A stretch of DNA of 64,000 nucleotides from Verrucomicrobiota bacterium (GTDB taxonomy: Bacteria > Chlamydiota > Chlamydiia > Chlamydiales > JAEYWL01): NCBI GenBank assembly GCA_023428915.1, contig JAEYWL010000111.1:2769-66768 (forward strand), read 5' to 3'. Positions 29,731 to 39,213 of the stretch are shown piece by piece. Under the pieces are notes generated by a model that was not told the origin of the DNA, did not search any database, and saw only the letters and a list, made by a program, of their open reading frames with translations. Numbering within the stretch: position 1 is the first letter of the stretch; every line of letters starts with the position of its first letter. The position numbers were made by a program, and so were the translations under genes.

Positions 29731-30846
29731 TTACAGACAATGTTTGTAGAATTGTTCGTACTGAGGCACGACGACATCTGCGCAGAACTTGCTTTGAGCT
29801 ATATTTTGGGCAGCTGCGCTCATGGAAGCATAACGGGCCGGGGAAGCGAGGAGTTCGATGGCTTTATCCGCCATGGCAGCAACATCGCCTACCGGGGAGA
29901 GATAGCCGGAAACGCCATCTTCTACAACTTCCGGCAAACCGCCAGTGTGCGTAGCGATGACGGGTACGCCGTAAGCCATGGCTTCCAGGGCCGATAAGCC
30001 AAAGCTTTCCTGTTCGCTGGGAAGCAGAAAAAGATCGCCGCTAGCGATATAGCTGTCGATTTCCCGTATTTTTCCTAAGAAAACTACCTCTTTTTCTAAG
30101 CCCAGGTCGTGTACAAGAGTAATGATTTCTTGCAAGCCTTTGCCATGCCCAAGCAGTAAGAGTTTGCTTGGAATAGCTTTATGCACTTTTGCAAAAACTT
30201 TGATGACATCCGGAACTCGTTTGACAAAACGAAAATTCGAGGAATGCACCAGCAATTTTTCTCCGGGATTAGCAAAACGGCAGTGAAATGGCTTTTTACC
30301 AGCTAAATCTTTTTTGGGTTTAAAGAAATTGGGGATTACCGTAATGGCTTTTTGCAAATGAAAGTGGTTGAGGGTTTCTTGTTTTAAGCTTTGCGAAACT
30401 GCGGTGAGGGCATCGCTATGTTCCATGCTAAATTTAACAATATCACTATAGCCAGGATCTTTACCCACAAGGGTAATATCGGTGCCATGCAGAGTGGTTA
30501 CAACTTGAGGGCAGTGCGCGGCCAGCAGCTGCTTAGCAAGATAAGCACTGGCTGCATGGGGGATGGCATAATGTACGTGGAGGATATCAAGGGAATGCTC
30601 TTTGGCAACTTGGGCAATTTTAACGGCCAAAGTCAGGGCATAGTCCGGATATTCAAAGAGATCATACTGATTAATGCCCACTTCGTGAAAGAAGATATTG
30701 CTTCTTTCGATCTGAAGCCTAAAAGGCACTTCATAGGCAATAAAATGCACTTCATACCCGCGTTCGGCAAGCTCATGGCCTAATTCTGTCGCCACAACGC
30801 CGCTTCCGCCAAGAGTGGGGTAGCAGACAATGCCTATTCTTATCAT
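29731..30846 (-). CDS. bshA: GT4 glycosyltransferase closely resembling BshA (N-acetyl-alpha-D-glucosaminyl L-malate synthase)
   Basis: 371 aa. MIRIGIVCYPTLGGSGVVATELGHELAERGYEVHFIAYEVPFRL, HEVGINQYDLFEYPDYALTLAVKIA, HYAIPHAASAYLAKQ, TTLHGTDIT and ESFGLSALEAMAYGVPVIATHTGGLPEVV run parallel to Bacillus BshA as I recall it. Confidence 0.75.
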   Translation of the reverse strand: MIRIGIVCYPTLGGSGVVATELGHELAERGYEVHFIAYEVPFRLQIERSNIFFHEVGINQYDLFEYPDYALTLAVKIAQVAKEHSLDILHVHYAIPHAASAYLAKQLLAAHCPQVVTTLHGTDITLVGKDPGYSDIVKFSMEHSDALTAVSQSLKQETLNHFHLQKAITVIPNFFKPKKDLAGKKPFHCRFANPGEKLLVHSSNFRFVKRVPDVIKVFAKVHKAIPSKLLLLGHGKGLQEIITLVHDLGLEKEVVFLGKIREIDSYIASGDLFLLPSEQESFGLSALEAMAYGVPVIATHTGGLPEVVEDGVSGYLSPVGDVAAMADKAIELLASPARYASMSAAAQNIAQSKFCADVVVPQYEQFYKHCL

Positions 30847-30849
30847 GCC

Positions 30850-32187
30850 TTACGCTTCTATGTTGCGGCGCACCATGTCCACTTGCCGCCTGAAGAGGTC
30901 ATCGGAAGATAGCTTTAACTCGATATTTTTGCAGGCATGCAAAATGGTGGAATGGGTTTTGCCGAAAAAAGCTCCGATAGTGGTTAAGGAGTCTTTTACG
31001 AGTTCTTTGGCCAAGTACATAGCCACTTGCCTGGCGAGCGCCACTTCTTTGGTGCGGCCTGTGCCTTTAAGATCCGTGATGCGAATTTGGAAAGTAGCGG
31101 CGACGCTTTTTAAGATATGTTCGACTGTAATCTTATGGCGCGGCGTGTGCTGCAGCATTTCTCTCAACAACCTGCTGGCCAACTCCTCGGTAATATCTAA
31201 GTTTAGCATCCGGCAATGTGCGCTTAAGCGATTGATAGCGCCTTCCAATTGTCTCACATTATTTTGAATGTGTTCAGCAATAAAAAAAGCGACATTTTGC
31301 GGAATATGCAGGCCTTTCAGCTCAGCTTTATGCTGCAGGATGGCAACACGCGTTTCTAATTCGGGCATTCCCATGTGGGCCACTAACCCCCACTCCATGC
31401 GGGCGATCATCCGTTCGGATAGTTTTAGTTGGGAAGGGGGTTTATCGCTTGTGATGACGATCTGTTTGCCTTGATTGATAAGAGTCTCAAACGTGTTGCA
31501 GAATTCTTCTTCAAAGTTTAGCCGGTTTTGCAGGAATTGGATATCGTCGACGAGGAGGACGTCGATATCGGAACGGTAAAAGCGCTTCATCCGATCGACA
31601 GATTTTTTGCGCAGATTGTCGACCAGGTCGTTAATGAAGCTTTCAGTAGTGATGCATTGAATGCGCAGTTTTTTATGGTTTTCCCGGACGTAATGGCCAA
31701 TGCTGTGCAGAAGGTGGGTTTTACCGAGGCCGACACCGCCATGAATAAATAAAGGATTATAGGATTTTCCAGGCAGACGGGCCACGCCGATGGCTGCAGA
31801 TTTAACAAACTGGTTGCTGCCGCCTTCAATAAAAGTTTCAAAGCGGTAGTTATTATTTAATTTGCATTCAGGGTTGTCTTCTTCTACATCGGCTAAAATA
31901 GGCTTTGGCGTTTCGAAGGCGGTTTTTTTGGCTTGTTTGGCAATTTCAAAACGGATAGCGGGTTCCCCATCCATTGCAACCGGCAGAAAATTCGCTAATT
32001 CTTTTTTGTAATTAGCAAGCAAGTAGTCCTGAACAAAAATATTGGGGATTTCCAGAGTGATTTCTTCATCGTTTGCCTCCAATACCTGAATGTGGGCAAA
32101 CCAATTTTCAAACGCGGTTGCAGAACAACGGGCTTTTACAAATAGCAAGAATTGTTCCCATGCTTCCCGTGTATCAATTGCTAGCAT
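30850..32187 (-). CDS. dnaA: chromosomal replication initiator protein DnaA
   Basis: 445 aa with an AAA+ core ([25 protein letters not shown]). The C-terminal DNA-binding domain reads [41 protein letters not shown]. Confidence 0.95.
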   Translation of the reverse strand: MLAIDTREAWEQFLLFVKARCSATAFENWFAHIQVLEANDEEITLEIPNIFVQDYLLANYKKELANFLPVAMDGEPAIRFEIAKQAKKTAFETPKPILADVEEDNPECKLNNNYRFETFIEGGSNQFVKSAAIGVARLPGKSYNPLFIHGGVGLGKTHLLHSIGHYVRENHKKLRIQCITTESFINDLVDNLRKKSVDRMKRFYRSDIDVLLVDDIQFLQNRLNFEEEFCNTFETLINQGKQIVITSDKPPSQLKLSERMIARMEWGLVAHMGMPELETRVAILQHKAELKGLHIPQNVAFFIAEHIQNNVRQLEGAINRLSAHCRMLNLDITEELASRLLREMLQHTPRHKITVEHILKSVAATFQIRITDLKGTGRTKEVALARQVAMYLAKELVKDSLTTIGAFFGKTHSTILHACKNIELKLSSDDLFRRQVDMVRRNIEA

Positions 32188-32440
32188 AGAAGAGATCCTT
32201 TGGTTTTAAGTTATGGGCCAGGTAAAAATATAAAGATAAAGTTGTGAACAACCTTTCCACAATGTACTCTGGGGGCTTTTCGAACGATGAATCTAACATG
32301 TGAAGCCTTAGCCTGCAACAAAAAACTCGTGAAAATTGCGAAGCTGAATTCTAAATCCTTGAGACTCAAAATAACGTGCGATGAAAAAAAAAGACTTTTT
32401 AGTGCGTGAGTCATTTGAGTTTATTTGATTGTAGTGATTA

Positions 32441-32562
32441 TTTATCCCAATAGAAAGAGACCTTAACTGCGCCAGGGGTATTAGAGACTTAAGTAACTGT
32501 GATTTAGTCTCTTAAGTTCCTAATGCCCCTGGCGCCGTTAAGGTCTCTTTTATTGGGATAAA
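32441..32562. repeat. 122-bp palindromic repeat, family B variant
   Basis: tttatcccaatagaaagagaccttaactgcgccaggggtattagagacttaag...cttaagttcctaatgcccctggcgccgttaaggtctcttttattgggataaa. The arms are near-perfect inverted copies and share the gaccttaac-gcgcc core. Confidence 0.8.
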
Positions 32563-32570
32563 CTATGCTT

Positions 32571-34397
32571 TTAGATCAGGCAGTTGGGAGAAACATACTG
32601 CAGGCAGCTAAAGGCATCGCGCATTTTGACGATGCGCACATTTTGCGGCTCTATATAGGTATTGCTGAAGGAGCAGCGCACTTTGAAATTATCAAGATTA
32701 ATGTATAAGCCTGTATCTCCGGGAAGAATTACAGAGTTGTACCCTTGTTTTGCCGAATTTTGGGCGTATTCCCGGCGCATTTTACGGATAATCTCCACCC
32801 TGTTGTCGCCTTCGTTGCCATTGAATTCCATGCAAACGAGAAACTTAGGAGTAATTTCCTCAAGCAAAGTATAGGAGCCGTAATAGCCTAAAGTATCTGC
32901 ATTATATTGCTGCTTGGACCAGTCCTGGGAAGCCGTTTGTTCAATACCGGCGAGGAGAAGATCGCACTTGCCAAGTCTTGAAGCAAGTAAAGGGGACCAG
33001 GGCGCACCGGAAACGTAGCCAATGCGAATGGCCTCTTGATTATGCCTGCCTGCTTTTTGAGTCTTTAGTTCGAAGCAAATGCCATAAGAAGCAGAATAGG
33101 GATCTGATTTGCCTGTTTCTTTCAGCCCTTTTGACCAGGCAGGGAAATAATAAAGATTTATATCTTCATTTATTGAGGTCTTTTCCACATCTGGAGAGTC
33201 TTGGAAAAGGTCCAGGCAATGAATTGTATTGCGTTCCTGTTTGAAATTAGGCTTCAAAAAGCGCGCGGTATTTTGATGCGCTTTTTGGTTTAGGTAATAA
33301 TTGATGATATGCAAATCGGCTTCGCCTTGATTCAACTGATAATTTAGGCTGTAAATAGCTTGCAAATCTGTATAGCACTCTGGGTTTTCCTTGGTCACAA
33401 TCACATAATCTATGTCGTAAAGAGATAGGCTTTGCTTGTGTAATTTTTCTAAAAACCCTTTACCTGGGTTTACAGCAATCCCTTTATTGGCCCATCGGAG
33501 GTAAAAACCGCCTGTGGTCTTTTTCAATTGCTGAAATTCAAGGAGTTTTGGCAGGGCTGTTTCGTAGCTGGAGTACCTGTCAGAGAGAGAAGATGGAGTA
33601 TCCCAGCCATTGAGTATGACTAAAAAATCCTCTTGAAGGACGCGGTTCTTGCGTGCTTTTTCGCGGTATTCTATGACCCAGTCGCGTTGGCTATTTTGAA
33701 AGCGTTGAATGCGGTCCTCGATGGAATGGTCGCGGTTTGGCGCATCATATTTGGGTGTGTCATATTTAGGGGCTGCTGATGAGTGTGGGTGTTCTTCTTT
33801 TTTCCATGAATTGCTTGTTTCAAAAATAGAGTTTTCTTGGCAGGGTTTTTGCTCGTTGCAGCAAGTATCTTGCCATGCTTCATATTCAGCAGTTGCATCT
33901 GCTTGCGGTATGTTGGCTAGAGGATCGAATTGATCTTGATTTGGCTCCCATGGCGAAGTCAGGCGGTCAAATCCTGACGGCTGGGTTTTTTCCATATAAA
34001 TATCACTGGAACCTGTTTTCTCGCCGTTTTGAGTAAGCAGGCTTTTATAAATTTGCTGAGTGGCATTGTCTTCAGGTTGCAGCCTTAAAGCTTTTTTGGC
34101 AAAAAAGAGCGCTTTAGGGGTATTGCCCATTTTATGGGAGACATATGCCGAAGCCCTGTAGCAGAAAAAATGAAAGTCGGGCAATTCATGGGCCTTCAGA
34201 TAGTATTTTAATGCTTGTTCATATTGGCCTGCATAAAAAGCCTTCTCGCCTTTTAAAAAGTTTTCATAAGAGGGATTTTCTCTTTGCAGAATTAAAAACT
34301 CTTCTATCAGCTTTAAGGGCTGATCATTAGAAGGTTCTGTAGAAGTCAGCTCCTTTATGCGAGCTAAATAATCTGAATAGACTGCTTGTTGCGTCAT
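32571..34397 (-). CDS. TPR-repeat protein with an uncharacterised C-terminal domain
   Basis: 608 aa with N-terminal TPR-like repeats (AFYAGQYEQALKYYLKAHELPDF..., ALFFAKKALRLQPEDN). The C-terminal half (GFYLRWANKGIAVNPGKGFL...DYVIVTKENPECYTD) loosely recalls a metallo-beta-lactamase fold without the HxHxDH motif. That last point is very tentative. Confidence 0.65.
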   Translation of the reverse strand: MTQQAVYSDYLARIKELTSTEPSNDQPLKLIEEFLILQRENPSYENFLKGEKAFYAGQYEQALKYYLKAHELPDFHFFCYRASAYVSHKMGNTPKALFFAKKALRLQPEDNATQQIYKSLLTQNGEKTGSSDIYMEKTQPSGFDRLTSPWEPNQDQFDPLANIPQADATAEYEAWQDTCCNEQKPCQENSIFETSNSWKKEEHPHSSAAPKYDTPKYDAPNRDHSIEDRIQRFQNSQRDWVIEYREKARKNRVLQEDFLVILNGWDTPSSLSDRYSSYETALPKLLEFQQLKKTTGGFYLRWANKGIAVNPGKGFLEKLHKQSLSLYDIDYVIVTKENPECYTDLQAIYSLNYQLNQGEADLHIINYYLNQKAHQNTARFLKPNFKQERNTIHCLDLFQDSPDVEKTSINEDINLYYFPAWSKGLKETGKSDPYSASYGICFELKTQKAGRHNQEAIRIGYVSGAPWSPLLASRLGKCDLLLAGIEQTASQDWSKQQYNADTLGYYGSYTLLEEITPKFLVCMEFNGNEGDNRVEIIRKMRREYAQNSAKQGYNSVILPGDTGLYINLDNFKVRCSFSNTYIEPQNVRIVKMRDAFSCLQYVSPNCLI

Positions 34398-34540
34398 AAT
34401 GACCCCTATATTTAATGTATTTCGTTCAACATAGCGTATTGGGATTTGCTAATCAATCTTAAGAAAGACAAAGTTTTTTTCTTTTCACGGTAAGCCCTAA
34501 CAGGTTATAGTCATTGGACAAATTAAAAGCTGAGAGTTCT

Positions 34541-35401
34541 ATGTTTGATAAACCTGGTAAACTACTAATTGGTGCGCATTGTTCGGCAGCCGGCGGAGTG
34601 CATAATGCTCTCTATGAAGGACAGTCAATAGGAGCCACTACCATTCAATTATTTACCGCCAATCAGAAAAGGTGGCAGACTAAGCCATTGACTGCTGAAG
34701 CTGTTGAATTATGGAATCGCGCGCTTATCGAAACCGGTATTACGCAAATAATGAGCCATGACAGTTATCTCATTAATATGGGAGCTCCTGATGAGGCCAA
34801 TTTAGAGAAGAGCCGTACCGCATTTCGCGAGGAATTGATCCGCTGCCAGCAGCTAGAAATTTCTTATCTTAATTTTCACCCGGGAGCGGCGCTCAAGGAA
34901 AGCGTAGAAGCTTGTTTAGATAAGATAGTTGAGAGTTTGCTGTTATTGGAAGATCTGGCCGATAAAGGGCCGACCCGTTTGTTATTGGAAAATACAGCAG
35001 GTCAAGGATCCGCTGTGGGCTGGCGCTTTGAAGAGTTGGCTTATATTATTAATAGAGTTGAAAAAAAGATTCCTATTGGCGTGTGTATTGATACTTGCCA
35101 CACTTTTGCTGCAGGTTACGATATTCGCACTGCAGAAGGCTGGAACGATACCTTGAACCAATTTGACAAGATTATCGGTTTAAAACATTTATATACCTTT
35201 CATGTGAACGATTCGCTAAAATCCTTTGCTTCGCGTGTAGATCGGCATGCCTCATTAGGTAAAGGTGTAATGGGCATAGAGTGTTTTAAGGTACTCCAGC
35301 AAGATCCCCGGACGCGGAATTTGCCCAAGTATTTAGAGACCCCGGAAGGACCGGTTGTGTGGAAAGAGGAAATTGCTTTATTACGGCAGTTAGCAGAGTA
35401 A
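34541..35401 (+). CDS. nfo: endonuclease IV (deoxyribonuclease IV)
   Basis: [50 protein letters not shown] and HVNDS metal-ligand motifs are present. ATG 34541 is preferred to TTG 34514. Confidence 0.9.
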   Translation: MFDKPGKLLIGAHCSAAGGVHNALYEGQSIGATTIQLFTANQKRWQTKPLTAEAVELWNRALIETGITQIMSHDSYLINMGAPDEANLEKSRTAFREELIRCQQLEISYLNFHPGAALKESVEACLDKIVESLLLLEDLADKGPTRLLLENTAGQGSAVGWRFEELAYIINRVEKKIPIGVCIDTCHTFAAGYDIRTAEGWNDTLNQFDKIIGLKHLYTFHVNDSLKSFASRVDRHASLGKGVMGIECFKVLQQDPRTRNLPKYLETPEGPVVWKEEIALLRQLAE

Positions 35402-35412
35402 ACGGAGAAAAT

Positions 35413-36813
35413 ATGCGCACAAAAATTAAACAAATTAAGCAGACAGCAAAAGAAAGTCAAAAGATAGGGAGCGAAGTCACTGTTAAAGGCTGGGTCAAAA
35501 CCGTTCGCTCCCAGAAAACATTTACTTTCATAGAAGTGAATGACGGTTCAACTTTTAGCAATATCCAAGTGGTTTTAAATGCAGATTTACCAAATTACAC
35601 AGATATGCTGGCGAAACTCACTACCGGTGCTGCAGTTGCGGCAACCGGGACTTTGGTTGAAAGCCCCGGTAAAAATCAGGATGTAGAAATTCACGCCGTG
35701 CAACTCGAACTTATTGGCACCTGCGATCCGGAGACCTATCCTTTGCAAAAGAAGCGGCACTCTTTTGAATTCCTGCGTTCGATTGCCCACTTGCGTCCGC
35801 GCACTAACACAATTGGTGCGGTCACTCGTGTGAGAAATGCTTTAGCTTTTGCCACCCACCTGTTTTTTCAAGAGAGGGGCTTCATTTATCTGCACACGCC
35901 TATTATCACAGCCTCTGATTGCGAGGGAGCAGGAAAGATGTTTCAGGTGACTACGCTTGATCAAACAGCTCTTCCCAAAACTCCGGAAGGTAAAATAGAC
36001 TATAGCCAGGACTTCTTTGGCAAGCCGGCTTACTTGACAGTGTCAGGTCAGTTAAATGGCGAGATATATGCCTGCGCGCTATCTGATATTTATACTTTTG
36101 GACCGACGTTCCGTGCGGAAAATTCCAACACTTCCCGCCACTTGGCTGAGTTTTGGATGATAGAACCAGAAATGGCTTTTGCTGACATTACAGACAATAT
36201 GGATACAGCCGAAGCTTATCTGAAATATGTCTTAAAGTATGTGTTGGACAATTGTGAAGAAGATATGAAATTTTTCGAACAGTTTGTCTCCAATGGCATT
36301 ATCGAGCGTTTAGAGCACGTCGTTAATACTCCGTTTGAACGCGCCAGCTATACTTATGCAGTGCGGATTTTAGAGAAGGCCAATAAGCCTTTTGAATTTC
36401 CTGTAAGCTGGGGATCGGATCTGCAATCTGAACATGAGCGTTACTTAGCAGAAGAATTTTTCGCGAAACCAGTGATCATTACGGATTATCCCAAGCAAAT
36501 TAAAGCTTTCTATATGCGTGAGAATCAAGACGGCAAAACTGTGGCAGCTATGGATGTGCTCGTGCCCAAGATTGGCGAAATTATCGGCGGAAGCCAAAGG
36601 GAAGAACGTTTAGATAGGCTGGAAGCAAAGCTTGAAGAAAACAATCTGCATAAAGAAGATTACTGGTGGTATTTAGAACTGCGCAAATATGGTTCTGTAC
36701 CTCATGCTGGTTTTGGAGCAGGTTTTGAGCGTTTAATACAGTTTGCTACCGGCATGGAAAATATACGCGATGTGATTCCGTTCCCCAGATTTCCTGGAAA
36801 AGCCGATTTTTAA
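35413..36813 (+). CDS. asnS: asparagine--tRNA ligase
   Basis: An N-terminal OB fold ([23 protein letters not shown]) is followed by class II motifs [21 protein letters not shown] and [12 protein letters not shown] 35413 is preceded by ggag, whereas the ORF-track start overlaps nfo. Confidence 0.93.
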   Translation: MRTKIKQIKQTAKESQKIGSEVTVKGWVKTVRSQKTFTFIEVNDGSTFSNIQVVLNADLPNYTDMLAKLTTGAAVAATGTLVESPGKNQDVEIHAVQLELIGTCDPETYPLQKKRHSFEFLRSIAHLRPRTNTIGAVTRVRNALAFATHLFFQERGFIYLHTPIITASDCEGAGKMFQVTTLDQTALPKTPEGKIDYSQDFFGKPAYLTVSGQLNGEIYACALSDIYTFGPTFRAENSNTSRHLAEFWMIEPEMAFADITDNMDTAEAYLKYVLKYVLDNCEEDMKFFEQFVSNGIIERLEHVVNTPFERASYTYAVRILEKANKPFEFPVSWGSDLQSEHERYLAEEFFAKPVIITDYPKQIKAFYMRENQDGKTVAAMDVLVPKIGEIIGGSQREERLDRLEAKLEENNLHKEDYWWYLELRKYGSVPHAGFGAGFERLIQFATGMENIRDVIPFPRFPGKADF

Positions 36814-36825
36814 CGAAGCCGAAAA

Positions 36826-38085
36826 ATGACTGTAGTTTGCAATCCAGAGAATAGATACGGCAATTATTTTGCCGAAACCCACACAATTGCCAAGGCCAGT
36901 GCCGATCCAGAAGAACTTTTTGACCGTTCTAAAGGCACTGTATTCTTTCTGCCTAGCGACACTGACAGCAAAGTTCATACCGTGCTGAATGCCTGGATCG
37001 TTGAAAATATCTATGAGCCAGGCGATGTGCTGCTTTTTGGAGGAAGGGAGCGAAGCATCCCTATCAATGAAGAACTGAAAGAGAGTACAGTCTGGCGCTA
37101 TAAGACGCTATTGCAGTATCTTTCGCATCCCTTTGAGACGATAGATTTTTGGGATTCCGATAGCGGCATAATGATGAGTTGTGATAATCGCCTTATCCCG
37201 GCTACTGCTTTCTTAATTACCCGCAAGCTAATGGAGTCGCGCTGCGAGGCTGAGGATTGGGCCAAAGATATGCGTTTGCTGGTCGATACCTTATCTTTAA
37301 TAGTTAAATCCCCAAAGCTTTCTAAAAACCCCATAATGGCCGCTGCACAAGTTTGGAAGGGACTGTTTAATGTCCGCACGAGGCAAATAGCCAAGCTTGA
37401 AAAAGAATTAAAACAGCTGCCCTTCGAAGCCTATCAGAAAAAAGAACGTGCCGGAGTAAGCCACGCCATTATTCAAATATTGTTCCCCCTTTACCTTAAA
37501 GAAATGAGGGCCACACTGACCGGGGATGGTTTTATGGTCCGGCAAAGCCAATGCGGCGCAGCAATTAAAACCAATCTAACTGCCAATAACCGTGTATTTG
37601 TAAGCCTCAGCAAAGCCAATGTTCTTGAAGGCTCGCTGGCAGCCCTTGGCCTTCATGCAGGAAATGATTATTACAAAGCTGTCAGACATCTTTTTGCTGG
37701 ATTGCGCGGCATAAACTATGTTGTGTTTGAACCAAAAGATGATCCTGCGCTTGCTGACGAAATTGCCGATCAGCTGGAAGCCCGGCGGCACGGGTTATTC
37801 TTAACACAAGCGCTTCGCATAGGCCATTTCATTGCCTATATTTTTAAAACTATTGGCCGCGCAGTTATATATCCTGTTGTGTGCAGTGCAGCCTGGATGC
37901 AGCGCAAATGGCAATACTATACATTTAAAAGCCTGCAGCTGAGTCAAAACTATCTTGAGCGTGAATCCCTCAAAAAAGACTTTTTTGATATCATGACCGG
38001 CCTAGAGTTCTACCTAAGAAGAGCCTCAGAGCCAGACTGTAATCTTCTGGCTTCTCTCCGGCAGACCACTAGACTTCTTGTGTAA
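36826..38085 (+). CDS. hypothetical protein (no recognisable domain; hydrophobic segment near the C-terminus)
   Basis: 419-aa uninterrupted ORF 12 nt after the asnS stop. The segment LFLTQALRIGHFIAYIFKTIGRAVIYPVVCSAAWM looks membrane-associated. Confidence 0.6.
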   Translation: MTVVCNPENRYGNYFAETHTIAKASADPEELFDRSKGTVFFLPSDTDSKVHTVLNAWIVENIYEPGDVLLFGGRERSIPINEELKESTVWRYKTLLQYLSHPFETIDFWDSDSGIMMSCDNRLIPATAFLITRKLMESRCEAEDWAKDMRLLVDTLSLIVKSPKLSKNPIMAAAQVWKGLFNVRTRQIAKLEKELKQLPFEAYQKKERAGVSHAIIQILFPLYLKEMRATLTGDGFMVRQSQCGAAIKTNLTANNRVFVSLSKANVLEGSLAALGLHAGNDYYKAVRHLFAGLRGINYVVFEPKDDPALADEIADQLEARRHGLFLTQALRIGHFIAYIFKTIGRAVIYPVVCSAAWMQRKWQYYTFKSLQLSQNYLERESLKKDFFDIMTGLEFYLRRASEPDCNLLASLRQTTRLLV

Positions 38086-38140
38086 TTACATTTGCTTGCC
38101 AAAATTGCCTTTTGGCATCTTTATGAAGGGGCTTTGTTTG

Positions 38141-39160
38141 TTAGCTGGCGGCGATGCCTTGTCCGCAGAGGAGCAGGCCTTTCTTTTCAGAGCGCTGGTT
38201 AAAGAGCGTGAAATGCTTGCCGGTGGCATGGGCTATTAATGATTCAGCTTCCAGCAGATAGTTTTCTAACTGCTTGCGGCGGAATTGCAGGGTGCGGTTA
38301 ATCTGGTCGATGTTTAGGAGGGTTATGCCCTTTATTTTTCCAAGCGAGGGATCGACATTTCGTGGGACGGAAAGGTCGACAACCAATTTTGGGGTAAAGG
38401 ATAAAGGAAGATCTTTTTTCTTGATCAGGTGTTCCTGGGCTTTAGTGCCGAGGATGATCCAGTCGTAGTTTACCCATTCAGGCAATTTGTGCCAGGGAAG
38501 TATATGCACGCCCTCTACAGTTTTTGCTTCAATAGGCGTGCGGTTGCAAAGGGTTAACTCCCCTAAAGAATGCAAACGGGAGGAGCGCAGTAACTTGTAA
38601 TTGATTTCCGATCCGCCTATGAACAGGATATTTGCAGGGGAGCGCTTGAAAAAATGCGTGCCGATTGTAAAAACTGCATCCTTTAGTTCCGGTATGCCGC
38701 GATTGACTTGCAGCTTGTCCCTAACTTGTTTGCCGATACGCAGACATTTTTGAAACAAGTAATGAAGGTCGGCTGGCAGAGTCTGAAATCGAAGGACGGA
38801 ATCATAAGCATTTTTGACCTGTCCTTGAATTTCTGTTTCTCCCACAATAGCGCTGTCGAGACCCGCCGTGACGCGGGCTAAGTGGTTGAAGCAGTCCTGA
38901 AGGAAATAGGAATAAAGTTTATGGTCAAACTCCTGATCCACTTCCTGACGGAGAATTTGAAGAAGGTAGCTATGGGTGGCAGTTAAGTCTTCAGAGGAAA
39001 AATAGATCTCTGTGCGGTTGCATGTAGAAAGCAAAATGAAAGCGTGTTCACCATGCAGGGAATGCCCGGGACTGAACCTCCTGGAGCAGGCTTTGGCTAA
39101 AAGCTCTCGCAATCTTAAATCTGCCAACTTATGGTTTATTCCCAGAACCCCAATGCGCAT
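38141..39160 (-). CDS. hemA: glutamyl-tRNA reductase (short form)
   Basis: MRIGVLGINHKLADLRLRE...LLSTCNRTEIYF (catalytic Cys motif) and GETEIQGQVK are present. Length is 339 aa. Confidence 0.88.
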   Translation of the reverse strand: MRIGVLGINHKLADLRLRELLAKACSRRFSPGHSLHGEHAFILLSTCNRTEIYFSSEDLTATHSYLLQILRQEVDQEFDHKLYSYFLQDCFNHLARVTAGLDSAIVGETEIQGQVKNAYDSVLRFQTLPADLHYLFQKCLRIGKQVRDKLQVNRGIPELKDAVFTIGTHFFKRSPANILFIGGSEINYKLLRSSRLHSLGELTLCNRTPIEAKTVEGVHILPWHKLPEWVNYDWIILGTKAQEHLIKKKDLPLSFTPKLVVDLSVPRNVDPSLGKIKGITLLNIDQINRTLQFRRKQLENYLLEAESLIAHATGKHFTLFNQRSEKKGLLLCGQGIAAS

Positions 39161-39213
39161 TATCTCTCCTGTAAAAAAGAAACTATATAATCGATAGGGT
39201 AATTACCGTCCAG

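Noticed and set aside
20758-29740. Inclusion-membrane (Inc) protein assignment for the three paralogs
   Set aside because: Inc proteins have a bilobed hydrophobic domain of about 40-60 aa. The N-terminal moderately hydrophobic stretches here (for example AAIKNIALLQFLCSTQGNITSSLLLAAELPAIM) are interrupted by K, N, Q and E residues and are not conserved among the paralogs. An Inc call is therefore not supported.
30391-31267. Plus-strand ORFs 30391-30783 and 30830-31267
   Set aside because: They are antisense to the BshA-like gene and dnaA, both of which have unambiguous family motifs. They are treated as shadow ORFs. The same reasoning applies to the many 60-125-aa antisense ORFs inside pheT, the paralog array, parC, the UDPGP-family gene and the SNF2 gene.
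32211-32414. 67-aa minus-strand ORF in the dnaA upstream spacer
   Set aside because: It has no SD or start context, a hydrophobic low-complexity product, and sits in an intergenic regulatory region. It is probably spurious.
32188-32570. Possible oriC with DnaA boxes upstream of dnaA
   Set aside because: I found only 7-of-9 matches to TTATCCACA (ctttccaca, tgtgaacaa, ttatcccaa/ttgggataa), and two of them are simply the arms of the family B palindrome. There is no cluster of good boxes and no clear AT-rich unwinding element. Chlamydiae often carry two dnaA genes, so the position alone is not evidence. A GC-skew analysis of the whole genome is needed.
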